From assembly GCA_021442455.1 (NCBI GenBank), contig JABUSY010000021.1, positions 16,630-80,629 of the forward strand: a stretch of DNA of 64,000 bases, read 5' to 3'. Source of the stretch: Lachnospiraceae bacterium. GTDB taxonomy: Bacteria; Bacillota; Clostridia; Lachnospirales; Lachnospiraceae. This document shows positions 11,136 through 21,899 of the stretch, piece by piece; the stretch's first letter is position 1; the number at the start of each line of letters is the position of its first letter. The notes beneath the pieces are model-generated. The model saw only the letters and a list, made by a program, of their open reading frames with translations. It was not told the DNA's origin and made no database searches. Made by a program: the position numbers and the translations under genes.

Positions 11136-11876
11136 ATGAAGATATTTTCTGCGATTGACATAGGACAGAAAAGACAGATAAATCAGGACTTTATATATAC
11201 TTCAGAAGAGCCAGTCGGAAATCTTCTTAATCTTTTTGTGGTAGCTGATGGTATGGGAGGTCATAACGCGGGGGATTTTGCATCTCGTTACGGCGTGTCT
11301 GTACTAGTGGAGACCATCAGAAAAGACAAAAATTTTAATCCTGTTAAGATTATTCGAAACGGAATCGAAGCGGCAAATAAGAAGGTGCTGGATCAGTCAA
11401 GGAAAGATTTATTTATGTCTGGGATGGGTACGACGATGGTTGCTTTGACAGTTGTAGGTGGATATGCATATGTGGCAAATGTGGGAGACAGCCGTTTATA
11501 TTTGGCCGATGAGCAATTGGAACAGATTACGCAGGATCATTCCTTGATTGCTGAAATGGTACGGCTTGGGAAATTGAATTCGCAAGAAGGAGAAAATCAT
11601 CCGGATAAAAATATTATCACCCGCGCGGTAGGAATAGAGCCAGAGATCAAAATTGATTTTTTTGACATTAAATTAAAATCCGGAAATCAAATTGTGATGT
11701 GTTCAGATGGTTTGTCAAATATGGTGAAGGATGAGGAAATTTTCATTATCTTGAAAGAAAGCAAGGTAGATAACAAGGCACAGGCGCTGATTAACCGAGC
11801 AAATGAAAATGGCGGAAAAGATAACATAGCGGTTATTGTCGTTGAACCATTTACAAACGAGGTGAAAGAATGTTAA
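11136..11876 (+). CDS. stp: Stp1/PrpC-family PP2C Ser/Thr phosphatase
   Basis: VADGMGGH, ANVGDSRLY, CSDGLSN and GGKDNI. Confidence 0.95.
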   Translation: MKIFSAIDIGQKRQINQDFIYTSEEPVGNLLNLFVVADGMGGHNAGDFASRYGVSVLVETIRKDKNFNPVKIIRNGIEAANKKVLDQSRKDLFMSGMGTTMVALTVVGGYAYVANVGDSRLYLADEQLEQITQDHSLIAEMVRLGKLNSQEGENHPDKNIITRAVGIEPEIKIDFFDIKLKSGNQIVMCSDGLSNMVKDEEIFIILKESKVDNKAQALINRANENGGKDNIAVIVVEPFTNEVKEC

Positions 11877-13903
11877 AAGAGGGAATCATTCTGGGAGAAA
11901 GATATGAGATAATATTCAGAATAGGATCCGGAGGTATGGCCGATATCTACAAGGCGAAGGATTATAAGCTGAACCGGATGGTGGCAGTAAAGGTATTGAA
12001 GGCGGAGTTTAGTGAGGACACGACTTTTATAGAAAAATTCAGAAAGGAAGCTCAGGCTGCAGCCGGACTGTCACATCCTAATGTTGTCAATGTGTTTGAT
12101 GTTGGAAAAGACAGGGAGTGTTATTATATTGTGATGGAATTAATTGAAGGCATTACCCTGAAGGATTATATCACGAAGAAATGCAAACTGAGCATTAAAG
12201 AGGCCATTAGTATTGCAATACAGGTTTCTTTTGGGCTGGAAGCTGCGCATAACCGCGGGATCATCCATAGAGATGTAAAGCCGCAGAATATCATTATTTC
12301 CACAGATGGAAAGGTAAAACTGTCTGATTTTGGAATCGCGAAAGAAACAAATTCGCATACTCTCACCGCAAATATGATAGGCTCTGTGCATTATAGTTCT
12401 CCTGAACAAGTGCAAGGTGGTTTTTCTGATGCAAAAAGCGATATTTATTCGCTGGGCATTACGATGTATGAAATGGTAACAGGCCGTGTGCCTTTTGACG
12501 GAGATACGGTGGTTTCCATTGCGATTAAGCATCTTCAGGAAGAGATGATTCCTCCCTCCAAATATACGCCGGCGCTGCCTTATTCACTGGAACAGATTAT
12601 ATTAAAGTGTACACAAAAGAATCCTGAGTGCCGATATGCGAATGTGGTTTTTTTGATTGGAGAGTTGAAGCATTCGCTAATTGATCCTCAAGGAAATTTT
12701 GTTACCTTAGCACCGCTGAGCGCGCGTGCGAACACAGTACAGATGTCAGATCGAGAAATGGAGAAGATTCGTGCGGGGATGACTTATGAAGATGATGAGA
12801 AAGATAAGGAGGATTATGAGGATAATATTGCGGGAGATGATGATGTAGTGAGCCAGAAGCTAGAAAAAGCCATTACGATTGGAGGCTTTATACTTGTGGC
12901 AATAATTATTATTATTCTGTTTGTTGCAATTGGAAATATGGCTGGATTCTATAAGAAATTCTTCCAAAAAGACAATTTGGCACGTACGTCTATTTCCGAC
13001 AGAAATTCATCTCATTTAGAAACTAAAGAGGTTGTAGTACCGGATTTCAGAGGAAAGACGCTTCAAGAAGCGCAGACACTGGCTAGGAAGTTGTCCATAG
13101 AGGTGAAACAGACGGCTACACAAGCGTCGAATATATATGCGCAGGGGGAAATTATTTTTCAGGAAACGGAAGCTAAGACAAAGGTAGCTAAGAATTCCAC
13201 GATTAATGTAACGGTGAGTAGCGGAAAAGCCAATGTAACTATTCCGAATGGTTTGACGGGGGCTAGTCAGACAGATGCAGAAAGCATTTTGCAAAGACTA
13301 GGACTTATAACCAGTACAGATTTGAAGTACAGTGATACAGTGAAAATTGGAAGGATCATATCTGTTGATCCGGATGAAGGGAAATCTGTGCTTTCTGGTT
13401 CTACAGTTAAGTTATATGTGAGCAAAGGTGCTAATCCGACCCAGAATCTGGTTGAAATACCTTCTCTGAGAGGATACAGTGAGGAAGATGCAAAAAGCAT
13501 ACTGGACAGAAAGGGCTTAAAATATATCACAACTACGGAATATACTAATGAGCTGGAGATAGGCAATGTAATTTCATTGAGCCCGGGTCCAGGAGAGCAG
13601 GTTCCGGCAGGGAGCACCATTATGCTAACGATTAATACAAAACGCGCATCGGAAGGTGATACCAGATGGGTGTGTTATAGCAGACTGAAAGCGCCAGAAG
13701 CTTATAACGGAGGGCATGTGCGGCTGGAATTGGTGCAAAACGATACTGTGACTACGATCTATGAAGGTGCTAATCCATGGAGAAATGGAACATACAAAGA
13801 GGCTATTTACGGTGCGCCGGGAGTTTCTACAGGTGTGATTAATGTGTATGAAAATGATGAACTGATTGAGAAATATTCAAATGTGACATTTAAAGCTCCG
13901 TAA
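11870..13903 (+). CDS. prkC: PASTA-domain Ser/Thr protein kinase (PrkC/Stk1 family)
   Basis: GSGGMA, VAVKVLK, HRDVKPQN, DFGIA, one transmembrane helix and about three PASTA repeats. Confidence 0.95.
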   Translation: MLKEGIILGERYEIIFRIGSGGMADIYKAKDYKLNRMVAVKVLKAEFSEDTTFIEKFRKEAQAAAGLSHPNVVNVFDVGKDRECYYIVMELIEGITLKDYITKKCKLSIKEAISIAIQVSFGLEAAHNRGIIHRDVKPQNIIISTDGKVKLSDFGIAKETNSHTLTANMIGSVHYSSPEQVQGGFSDAKSDIYSLGITMYEMVTGRVPFDGDTVVSIAIKHLQEEMIPPSKYTPALPYSLEQIILKCTQKNPECRYANVVFLIGELKHSLIDPQGNFVTLAPLSARANTVQMSDREMEKIRAGMTYEDDEKDKEDYEDNIAGDDDVVSQKLEKAITIGGFILVAIIIIILFVAIGNMAGFYKKFFQKDNLARTSISDRNSSHLETKEVVVPDFRGKTLQEAQTLARKLSIEVKQTATQASNIYAQGEIIFQETEAKTKVAKNSTINVTVSSGKANVTIPNGLTGASQTDAESILQRLGLITSTDLKYSDTVKIGRIISVDPDEGKSVLSGSTVKLYVSKGANPTQNLVEIPSLRGYSEEDAKSILDRKGLKYITTTEYTNELEIGNVISLSPGPGEQVPAGSTIMLTINTKRASEGDTRWVCYSRLKAPEAYNGGHVRLELVQNDTVTTIYEGANPWRNGTYKEAIYGAPGVSTGVINVYENDELIEKYSNVTFKAP

Positions 13904-13959
13904 CGTAATATGATAAGAGTTATTAAATTCAGTATTTATATTTCGATTATCTCAAAACG

Positions 13960-14675
13960 TAGGCTTTTGAGAGTTGGAAAAACAGGGTGTGCTATTTCAC
14001 AATATATGAATGTAAGGTAAAGAAAATTTTAGAAAAAGGCACAAAGTATTTGGTAGGTGACAATATCAAAATTGATATACAGGATAAGGACAATAAAACC
14101 GCGTATTTTGTGAAATTTTGTTCTAAAATCTAAAATAATGAACTAATTCGGTCGGTTGTATCCCTTCTGGATACAGGATGTGGAATTTTTTACTGGAAAG
14201 CCAGACAGCCGATAGAGATGTCTTAGATAGTTTTCTGATTGAAAAATAGGGATTTCTGTTTTTGATTTGTTTCCATACAAAAGACCTATTTTCCATGGAT
14301 GAGGTGGAAGATTGTGCAAAAAACTCTACAGGCGTTGCGGCTAGAATCTGTTCCTTTGTGGTGTCGTGAAATATCCGTACGGTTGCTCGATCGCAGTGGT
14401 TGGACATTTTGGTGTGGGAAAATAGAAAATTCCGAATTCGATACAGAAAGAAATTGGCATGAGAACTGCTAAAATCATTAAAGAAGGGAAAGCATATTAC
14501 TCGTCATTTTTAACTGATCCAGTTGAATAAGTGATATGTCTCTGAGAATATCCTTGGATTTACGTCCTTGTATGTAATGAAGATGGATAAAGAAGAGCTG
14601 AAAATTGTTTTCAGGAATTTATCCCATTTGAAGGCAAATGCAAGTTTCAGGATTATCTGTATGTAAAAGAAAAAG
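13960..14675 (+). pseudogene. rsgA: Ribosome small-subunit-dependent GTPase RsgA/CpgA remnant
   Basis: Fragments LVGDNIKI, NELIRSVV, AVVGHFGVGK* (G1), GKHITRHF*LI (GKHTTRH) and CFQEFIPFEGKCKFQDYLYVKE (Zn domain). Syntenic between prkC and rpe. Confidence 0.85.
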
Positions 14676-14693
14676 AGAAAAGGAGATATTAAT

Positions 14694-15356
14694 ATGTATC
14701 AGTTGGCGCCTTCTATACTTTCGGCAAATTTTAACCATCTGCAAGAGCAGTTGGTCTTACTAGAACAGTGCGGATGTCAGTGGTTACATATCGATGTGAT
14801 GGACGGGGTGTTCGTGCCTAGCATTTCCTTCGGTATGCCGGTAATATCTTCAATTAGACAAGAAAGCGAGCTGTTTTTTGATGTTCACATGATGGTAGAG
14901 GAGCCGAGCCGGTATGTGGAGGCAATGCAGAAAAGCGGTGCAGACATGTTGACCGTTCATGCGGAAGCCTGTAAACATTTGGACTGGACGCTGCAAATGA
15001 TCCATGAATGTGGAATGCAGGCAGCCGTCGCCCTGAATCCTGCTACTTCCCTGAATGTTCTAGATTATGTGTTGGATAAGATGGACATGGTACTGTTGAT
15101 GACTGTGAATCCGGGTTTTGGAGGCCAGTCTTATTTGCCTGTAATGACGGATAAAATTCGAAGTCTTCGGGAAAAGTTGGATGAGGCTGGATATAGGAAA
15201 ATATTTATAGAGGTAGATGGTGGAATAAACAGTGTAACAGCCGAACGGGTATTGGAAGCAGGGGCTAATATTTTGGTGGCTGGTTCAGGTGTATTTACAG
15301 GCGATATTTCATCGAATATTGCCTTGTTTTTTGAGAAATTCAATCAGAGGAAATAA
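14694..15356 (+). CDS. rpe: Ribulose-phosphate 3-epimerase
   Basis: LAPSILSA, LHIDVMDG, DVHMMV, MTVNPGFGGQ and VDGG. Confidence 0.96.
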   Translation: MYQLAPSILSANFNHLQEQLVLLEQCGCQWLHIDVMDGVFVPSISFGMPVISSIRQESELFFDVHMMVEEPSRYVEAMQKSGADMLTVHAEACKHLDWTLQMIHECGMQAAVALNPATSLNVLDYVLDKMDMVLLMTVNPGFGGQSYLPVMTDKIRSLREKLDEAGYRKIFIEVDGGINSVTAERVLEAGANILVAGSGVFTGDISSNIALFFEKFNQRK

Positions 15357-15359
15357 ACA

Positions 15360-15926
15360 ATGAAAACGATCATTATATCATGGGATAACTATAGAAGATG
15401 GATTTATTTGCAGTTTTCTTAGAAAAATAAAACCTGATTGTATTGTAGAAGCTTTTAACAGCCTAGCTCTTGAAATGATCGAGTACTATTGTGCATATAA
15501 GGAAATATCGATTTCCATATTCAACTTAATCAGATATGTCTATTGCTAAAATTAGGTGTTAAATCTAGGAGTAACAGAACTCTATTTCCTGAGAGCTAAC
15601 GGAAGCAGGCTGGACCATATTTTGAGTAATATTTACAATGCTTACTCTGAAAAAAAATTACAAGTTGAATCATAGATCTTGGTAACCGAATGACAATGCC
15701 TGTAGAGAGAAGTAGTTCTTAGAAAAAAACATCTTGGAAAATATGTATCTTATTTTTCGTTTTGAGGTTCGATTCGCGGATTGACACTAGAAAGTTTTCA
15801 GTATCTGCTTCAGGAGTATATACTTGTGCAAGAAGACGGAGGGGGAACAACAATGAAATTTTGGTAGAAGAAGCTAGGATGAGATGGAGAGAGGGAATAC
15901 TGATATTGATGAAAAGCAGGGATTGA
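15360..15926 (+). pseudogene. thiN: Thiamine pyrophosphokinase remnant
   Basis: MKTIIIS, GSRLDHILSNI, GKYVSYF, IRGLTLESFQYLL and NEILVEEARMRWREGILILMKSRD*, with internal frameshifts. Syntenic after rpe. Confidence 0.85.
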
Positions 15927-16455
15927 TGATAATTATGTGGTAAAGTAAAGGATACTCGAACAAAAAGTGGCGGCAGGAAAGTACCACCTGGAGGCTTTTC
16001 TTCATCAGTTATTTGAAATTTACTTTATAGAGTTGTTATATTCGTTTTTAAGTATTTAGCTATAATGAATAATTATTCCTTTTATATATCATCATCATCT
16101 AGAAATAGTGCTACAAAAAAGCTGGATGTTTATGTGAAATTTTGACAATATTCATTACGATATAGAAATTGAGATAGTGCAAGAAAACAGATCTAACAAG
16201 GTGTAGTTGTTATTATCACAGTCAGATGAACATAAAGCTTTTGATTGTAGGAAGGATTATCAGGAAGTGTTATGTTGCAACATTTATTTGCGATTTTAAT
16301 TCGTTTGGGAAAAGTATTTTTGAGCATTGTTCTTTGAAGGAAGGGGGCTTAGTTGGAGTGGTTAAGAGAGTGTCTCGTAATACATAATTCTAATGGTGGG
16401 GAAAACAGCTTGTGACAAAAAATTTATAGCATAAAGCATAAAGAGGTAATGATCG

Positions 16456-17556
16456 ATGAAATTAGGTATTGTGGGGCTTCCTAATGTAGGAAAGAGTAGC
16501 CTTTTTAATTCTTTAACTAAAGCAGGAGTAGACTCTGGCAACTATCCGTTCTGTACCATTGATCCTAATGTGGGAATAGTACTGGTTCCGGATCATCGTC
16601 TTCAGCTTTTGGGGAATTTTAATCATTCCAAGAAGATAACGCCGGCCGCTGTGGAATTTGTGGATATTGCGGGATTGGTTAAAGGAGCTTCCAAGGGCGA
16701 AGGGCTTGGGAATCAGTTTTTGGCTCACATACGGGAGGTAGATGCGATCGTTCATGTAGTGCGCTGCTTTGAAGATGAAAATGTGATGCATGTTGATGGG
16801 AATATCAATCCATTGAGAGACATTGAAACGATTGATTTAGAATTGATTTTTTCCGATTTAGAAGTTCTGGAGAGGAGAATCTACAAGACTGGAAAGAGTG
16901 CTCGGGTGGATAAGACTGCGGCAAAAGAATTTGCCATGCAGGTGCGCCTGAAACAGCATCTGGAAGAAGGCAAGGACGCGCTTCTTTTTGAATTGGAAAA
17001 TGAAGATGAAAAATATTGGTTTACTGAATATAACCTGCTGACAGCCAAACCGGTTATTTATGCGGCGAATATCAGAGAAGATGATATGGAGGACAATGGG
17101 CATTCAAACGAGAATGTAGAAGCTATCCGGAAGTACGCGGACGATCACGGCAGTGAAGTATTCGTGATCTGCGCGAAAATGGAGGCGGAAATTTCAGAAC
17201 TGGACGATGATGGCAAGGGAGAATTTCTGGATGCTCTTGGATTGGAGGAGTCAAGCTTGGAAAAGCTAATCGAAGCTAGTTACCGTGTACTGGGTTGCAT
17301 GAGTTTCTTGACCAGCGGGGAGGAAGAGACTCGGGCGTGGACCATAAAGATGGGAACGAAAGCACCTCAGGCTGCCGGTAAGATCCATACAGATTTTGAG
17401 AGAGGTTTTATCAAAGCTGAGGTGGTGAATTATCAAGATCTTCTAGATGCCGGTTCTTATGCGGGAGCCAAAGAGAAAGGTTTGGTACGGATGGAAGGAA
17501 AAAATTATGTGGTTCGGGATGGAGATGTAATATTATTTCGATTTAATGTTAAATAA
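16456..17556 (+). CDS. ychF: Redox-regulated ATPase YchF
   Basis: GIVGLPNVGKS, NYPFCTIDPN, VDIAGLVKGASKGEGLGNQFL and the C-terminal TGS domain. Confidence 0.97.
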   Translation: MKLGIVGLPNVGKSSLFNSLTKAGVDSGNYPFCTIDPNVGIVLVPDHRLQLLGNFNHSKKITPAAVEFVDIAGLVKGASKGEGLGNQFLAHIREVDAIVHVVRCFEDENVMHVDGNINPLRDIETIDLELIFSDLEVLERRIYKTGKSARVDKTAAKEFAMQVRLKQHLEEGKDALLFELENEDEKYWFTEYNLLTAKPVIYAANIREDDMEDNGHSNENVEAIRKYADDHGSEVFVICAKMEAEISELDDDGKGEFLDALGLEESSLEKLIEASYRVLGCMSFLTSGEEETRAWTIKMGTKAPQAAGKIHTDFERGFIKAEVVNYQDLLDAGSYAGAKEKGLVRMEGKNYVVRDGDVILFRFNVK

Positions 17557-17800
17557 GAGCATTACTTGAGAAAATATCTTTAAAACGATGTTTTTACTTT
17601 TTATGTTAAAGGCGTGGAAGCAATGATGTGACTTTGCTTGCTTATTCATTTAAGGTGAAAATACTTATGAGAATTACGCAGGAGGGAAAATACAACGTTG
17701 TTTTCCCTTCTTTAAATGCAGATTTTTTGAAGTAAAATTCAATATGAATTTTTGAAAAAATATTGATCTTTTAAAATTAATGAGATAAAATAAAAAATAA

Positions 17801-17834
17801 GTGGTAAATAGTGGTAAATAGTGGTAAGTAGTGT
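17801..17834 (+). promoter_or_regulatory. MraZ-binding direct repeats (GTGG, 10-bp period)
   Basis: GTGGTAAATA GTGGTAAATA GTGGTAAGTA GTGT about 100 nt upstream of mraZ. This matches the known GTGG-repeat MraZ operator arrangement of Firmicutes. Confidence 0.8.
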
Positions 17835-17904
17835 AGTATTTTTTAGTACTATTCAAAAAGTGAAAGAAAAAATTCCTTTACTGTTGCTAACGAGGAAAAG
17901 TCTT

Positions 17905-18336
17905 ATGTTCATGGGAGAGTATAGTCATTCAATTGATGCAAAGGGTAGATTGATCATACCGTCTAGGTTTAGAGACGAATTGGGAGCTAATTTTGTATTA
18001 ACGAAGGGATTGGATGGTTGTCTTTCGCTTTACCCTCAAAATGAGTGGAGAATTTTTGAAAAAAAACTTCGTGATCTACCGCTTATAAGTCGAAATGCTA
18101 GAATTTTTACTCGATTTTTTGTTGCAAGTGCAACACCGTGCACATTTGACAAACAGGGGAGAATTCTCATACCGGAGATTCTACGAGAATATGCTAATCT
18201 GGAGAAGAATGTTGTGTTAACAGGCAATATTAATCGGATTGAAATTTGGAGTAAGCGAAAGTGGAGTGAAAACAGTAATTATGATGATATGAATGTCATT
18301 GCAAAGGAGCTACAAGATATTGGTATGATAATCTGA
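17905..18336 (+). CDS. mraZ: Division/cell wall cluster repressor MraZ
   Basis: [19 protein letters not shown] and DKQGRILIP. The start was moved to ATG 17905, giving 143 aa. Confidence 0.95.
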   Translation: MFMGEYSHSIDAKGRLIIPSRFRDELGANFVLTKGLDGCLSLYPQNEWRIFEKKLRDLPLISRNARIFTRFFVASATPCTFDKQGRILIPEILREYANLEKNVVLTGNINRIEIWSKRKWSENSNYDDMNVIAKELQDIGMII

Positions 18337-18360
18337 AGCTGAGCGTGGAGTGTTAAATTT

Positions 18361-19302
18361 ATGGAATTTAATCATGTATCTGTATTACTAGAAGAAACCA
18401 TAGAACATCTCAAGGTAAAACCTGACGGCATTTATGTAGATGGAACTCTTGGCGGAGGCGGACATGCCTTGGAAGTTTGTAAACGTTTATCTGTTATGGG
18501 GAAATTTATAGGAATAGATCAGGATGAAGATGCAATCATGGCTGCACGCGAACGTTTAAAGGAGTATGAAGAACAAGTAAAGATTTTACGTAGCAACTAT
18601 TGCAATATGGTTAGCGAATTGAAAACAAAGGGTATTCAGATCGTTGATGGAATTCTATTGGATCTGGGTGTATCCTCTTGCCAATTGGATAATATTGAAC
18701 GAGGATTTACGTACCAGAAAGATGTATTTCTGGATATGCGTATGGACAGAAGACAGGTGCGTACTGCTTATGAGATCGTAAATACTTATGGTGAAAGTGA
18801 GTTATATCGAGTTATACGGGATTATGGAGAAGAAAGATTTGCAAAAAATATTGCGAAGCATATTTGTTTAGAAAGGGGGAAAAAGCCAATTTCAACAACT
18901 GGACAGTTGATTGAAATTATTAAGGCATCTATTCCAGCAAAAATGAGGGAAACGGGTCGTCATCCAGCTAAGAAAACGTTTCAAGCTTTGAGGATTGAGG
19001 TTAATCAAGAGTTGGAGGTTCTCAAAACTTCATTAGATGACATGATTGACTTTTTAGGAGACGGTGGTAGGCTTTGTATAATTACTTTTCATTCTTTAGA
19101 AGATCGCATCGTAAAAAATATTTTCCGAAGGAACGAGCATCCATGTATTTGTTCGACGAATTTTCCTTTGTGTGTATGCGGGAAAAAGTCTAAAGGATTT
19201 GTAGTAACTAGAAAACCTATAGTACCAACAGAAGAAGAAATTAAGGCTAACAAGCGATCTAAAAGTTCAAAGCTGAGAGTTTTTGCACGCAAGAGAAAGT
19301 AA
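18361..19302 (+). CDS. rsmH: 16S rRNA m4C1402 methyltransferase
   Basis: [33 protein letters not shown] and ITFHSLEDR. Confidence 0.97.
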   Translation: MEFNHVSVLLEETIEHLKVKPDGIYVDGTLGGGGHALEVCKRLSVMGKFIGIDQDEDAIMAARERLKEYEEQVKILRSNYCNMVSELKTKGIQIVDGILLDLGVSSCQLDNIERGFTYQKDVFLDMRMDRRQVRTAYEIVNTYGESELYRVIRDYGEERFAKNIAKHICLERGKKPISTTGQLIEIIKASIPAKMRETGRHPAKKTFQALRIEVNQELEVLKTSLDDMIDFLGDGGRLCIITFHSLEDRIVKNIFRRNEHPCICSTNFPLCVCGKKSKGFVVTRKPIVPTEEEIKANKRSKSSKLRVFARKRK

Positions 19303-19322
19303 TGGTGAACAGGAGACTTTTT

Positions 19323-19787
19323 ATGTCTGGAAGAAGAGTGAATTTATCTTTAAACAAATTAAGAAGACAGAATTGTGAGGATGGAAGTGCCGTAAGGAAG
19401 ATTGAGATTTCAAAAGAGACATATGAGGATCAGCATGCTGCAAAGTCAATAGTCAGCATACAAGTTAGAAACAACCGTGTGCATTCCCAAAATATAAGCG
19501 TAGCATATGTTATATTTTTGGCACTTATTTGTACGGTAACATTGTTTTTATGTTTGAACTATCTGAAGATGAAGGCAACACTTACAACTCAAAATGAAAC
19601 GATTGCCTTTATGGAGAGTCAACTAAGTGACTTAAAGGCAAATAACGATGCTTATTATAATCAGGCAATGGCATCCATTTCATTGGAAAATATAAAGCTG
19701 GCTGCCTTGAAGAAGTTTGGTATGCATTATGCTACTGAATTACAGATACAATATTATGACATTATTGAAAAGAGCCATGTAAGGTAG
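19323..19787 (+). CDS. ftsL: Cell division protein FtsL-like (TM plus coiled coil)
   Basis: Position between rsmH and the bPBP; single TM followed by a heptad region. Probable start at 19323 after AGGAG. Confidence 0.7.
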   Translation: MSGRRVNLSLNKLRRQNCEDGSAVRKIEISKETYEDQHAAKSIVSIQVRNNRVHSQNISVAYVIFLALICTVTLFLCLNYLKMKATLTTQNETIAFMESQLSDLKANNDAYYNQAMASISLENIKLAALKKFGMHYATELQIQYYDIIEKSHVR

Positions 19788-19831
19788 TATGAAAATGTTC
19801 TAGATAAATAATAGCTATAACTAAATATTAA

Positions 19832-21844
19832 GTGGGTGAATGTGTGAAAAGTAGTAATAGAGGAAGAAAACATCAGACAGAGATAGACAAGCGAGAAATA
19901 AACAAAAGAATGAGTAAAAAACTGGTAGGAATGTTTGTTGCAGTCATACTGATTTTGGTTGGTATATTTATCCGTATCATTTTTATCCTTGCTACGAACG
20001 GTAAACAATATAATAGAATTGTGTTGAAGCAAACACAGAGGCAGTACGAGAATGAGAGTCGAGTGATCCCGTTTCAGAGAGGCGATATTCTGGATAGAAA
20101 TGGGACTATTTTAGCTACCAGTAAAAAGGTCTATAATGTGATTGTGGACTGTAAAGCAGTAAATGATATCAGAAAGGGTAAAGAGGGTGATAATGTCCCA
20201 AAATATCTGGAGCCTACGATAAAAGCTTTGGTCAAAGTATTAAACTTAGAAGAAAAGGAAATTCGAAGTAAATTGGACAATAAAGAGAGGGGAAATAGTC
20301 AGTATCAGGTTCTAAAATCGAACCTTTCAATAACTGAAAAGGAGAAATTTGAAGAATACCTGGAAAAAGCAAAGACCGAAGATTCGGATCTTTCCGATGA
20401 AGAGAGGCAGGAACGTCAGAATGTAAAAGGAATTTGGTTTGAAGAAAATTATTTGCGTGTATATCCAATGAATTCACTGGCATGTAATCTGATTGGATTT
20501 ACTTATGCGGACAACATGGCGGATTGGGGGATTGAAGGCTATTATTCTAACGTACTGAACGGCATGAATGGTCGTCAATACGGGTTTTTGAATACGGATT
20601 CGAGTGCAAAGCAGAAGATTATATCGCCGGTGAACGGTAAGAATGTTGTTTCGACAATCGATGTAAATGTGCAGCAGATCATTCGGAACGCCCTGGAAGA
20701 TTATCAAACGAAAATGACCGCAGGGCCAAATGGGAAGCAGAGTGCCAAAAATATAGGTGTAATTGTCATGAATCCCAATAACGGTGAAATTCTAGGAATG
20801 GATTCTTCTAACTGGTATGATCTGAATACTCCGAGAGATCTGTCAAATTTTTATAGCCAGGAAGAGATTAATAATATGAACAATGAAACCATGCTGCAGA
20901 ATTTTAACAAAATCTGGAGAAATTACTGTGTGTCTGATGCTTTTGAACCTGGTTCCACGGTAAAACCTATGACAGCGGCGGCAGCATTGGAAACGGGTTC
21001 AATTAACACAACGGAAGAATTTTATTGTGATGGCTATAAAATGATTTCCAATCGAAAAATTCATTGTGCTATTTTCCCGAATGAGCATGGAAAACAAACG
21101 GTGGGAGATGCGTTGGTGAATTCTTGCAATGATACTATAATGCAAATTGCAGAAAAGATGGGCAGTGAGAATTTTCTCCGTTATCAAAAAATTTTTAATT
21201 TTGGATCTAAGACTGGGATTGACTTGCCAGGTGAGCATTCCGGAATTTTACATACGGCGGACAGCATGGGCAAATTGGAATTGGCGACGGCGGCTTTTGG
21301 ACAGGGTTTTACCTGTACGATGATCCAGGAGGCGGCAGCTTTTTCCTCTCTTATTAATGGTGGGTATTATTATAAGCCTCATGTGGTTAGTGCGATCACA
21401 GAAAATCAGGGAGCTGTGGTTCAAATGATTGACAGTGTATTGGAACGTCAGACGGTTTCGTCCGAAGTCAGTGATATCATCAGAAAGGATCTGGGTAATG
21501 TTGTGGAAATAGGCGGAACGGGTATGGATGCCAAAGTAGACGGATACAGTATGGGAGGAAAAACTGGTACGGCTCAGAAAATTCCGAGAGATAGCGGTAA
21601 ATATTTGGTTTCCTATATTGGATTTGCACCTTTGGATGATCCTCAGGTGGTGGTCTATACAGTAGTGGATGAACCGAATGCGACGGATCAAAGTAAAAGC
21701 GTCTATGCTCAGAAAATTACAAAGCATATTTTTACCGAACTATTACCATATATGCAACTATTCCCTGATCAGGAAATAGTTGAGGGAGAAAATGAATTTC
21801 TGAGCGACGAAATCAGTAACTATGGCCAACATTTGGCAGAGTAA
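19832..21844 (+). CDS. Class B penicillin-binding protein (FtsI/PBP2B-like transpeptidase)
   Basis: RGDILDRNG, catalytic STVK, SCN and KTG motifs, N-terminal TM. The exact start is uncertain. Confidence 0.93.
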   Translation: MGECVKSSNRGRKHQTEIDKREINKRMSKKLVGMFVAVILILVGIFIRIIFILATNGKQYNRIVLKQTQRQYENESRVIPFQRGDILDRNGTILATSKKVYNVIVDCKAVNDIRKGKEGDNVPKYLEPTIKALVKVLNLEEKEIRSKLDNKERGNSQYQVLKSNLSITEKEKFEEYLEKAKTEDSDLSDEERQERQNVKGIWFEENYLRVYPMNSLACNLIGFTYADNMADWGIEGYYSNVLNGMNGRQYGFLNTDSSAKQKIISPVNGKNVVSTIDVNVQQIIRNALEDYQTKMTAGPNGKQSAKNIGVIVMNPNNGEILGMDSSNWYDLNTPRDLSNFYSQEEINNMNNETMLQNFNKIWRNYCVSDAFEPGSTVKPMTAAAALETGSINTTEEFYCDGYKMISNRKIHCAIFPNEHGKQTVGDALVNSCNDTIMQIAEKMGSENFLRYQKIFNFGSKTGIDLPGEHSGILHTADSMGKLELATAAFGQGFTCTMIQEAAAFSSLINGGYYYKPHVVSAITENQGAVVQMIDSVLERQTVSSEVSDIIRKDLGNVVEIGGTGMDAKVDGYSMGGKTGTAQKIPRDSGKYLVSYIGFAPLDDPQVVVYTVVDEPNATDQSKSVYAQKITKHIFTELLPYMQLFPDQEIVEGENEFLSDEISNYGQHLAE

Positions 21845-21899
21845 AAGAATTGAAGAGAAAAATACACTTTGCATAACTTCATAGAGTTTTCAATATCAA

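Noticed and set aside
17801-17834. GTGG repeats or other tandem repeats as a CRISPR array
   Set aside because: No spacers, units are too short and there are no cas genes; the repeats are explained as a MraZ operator or slippage duplications.
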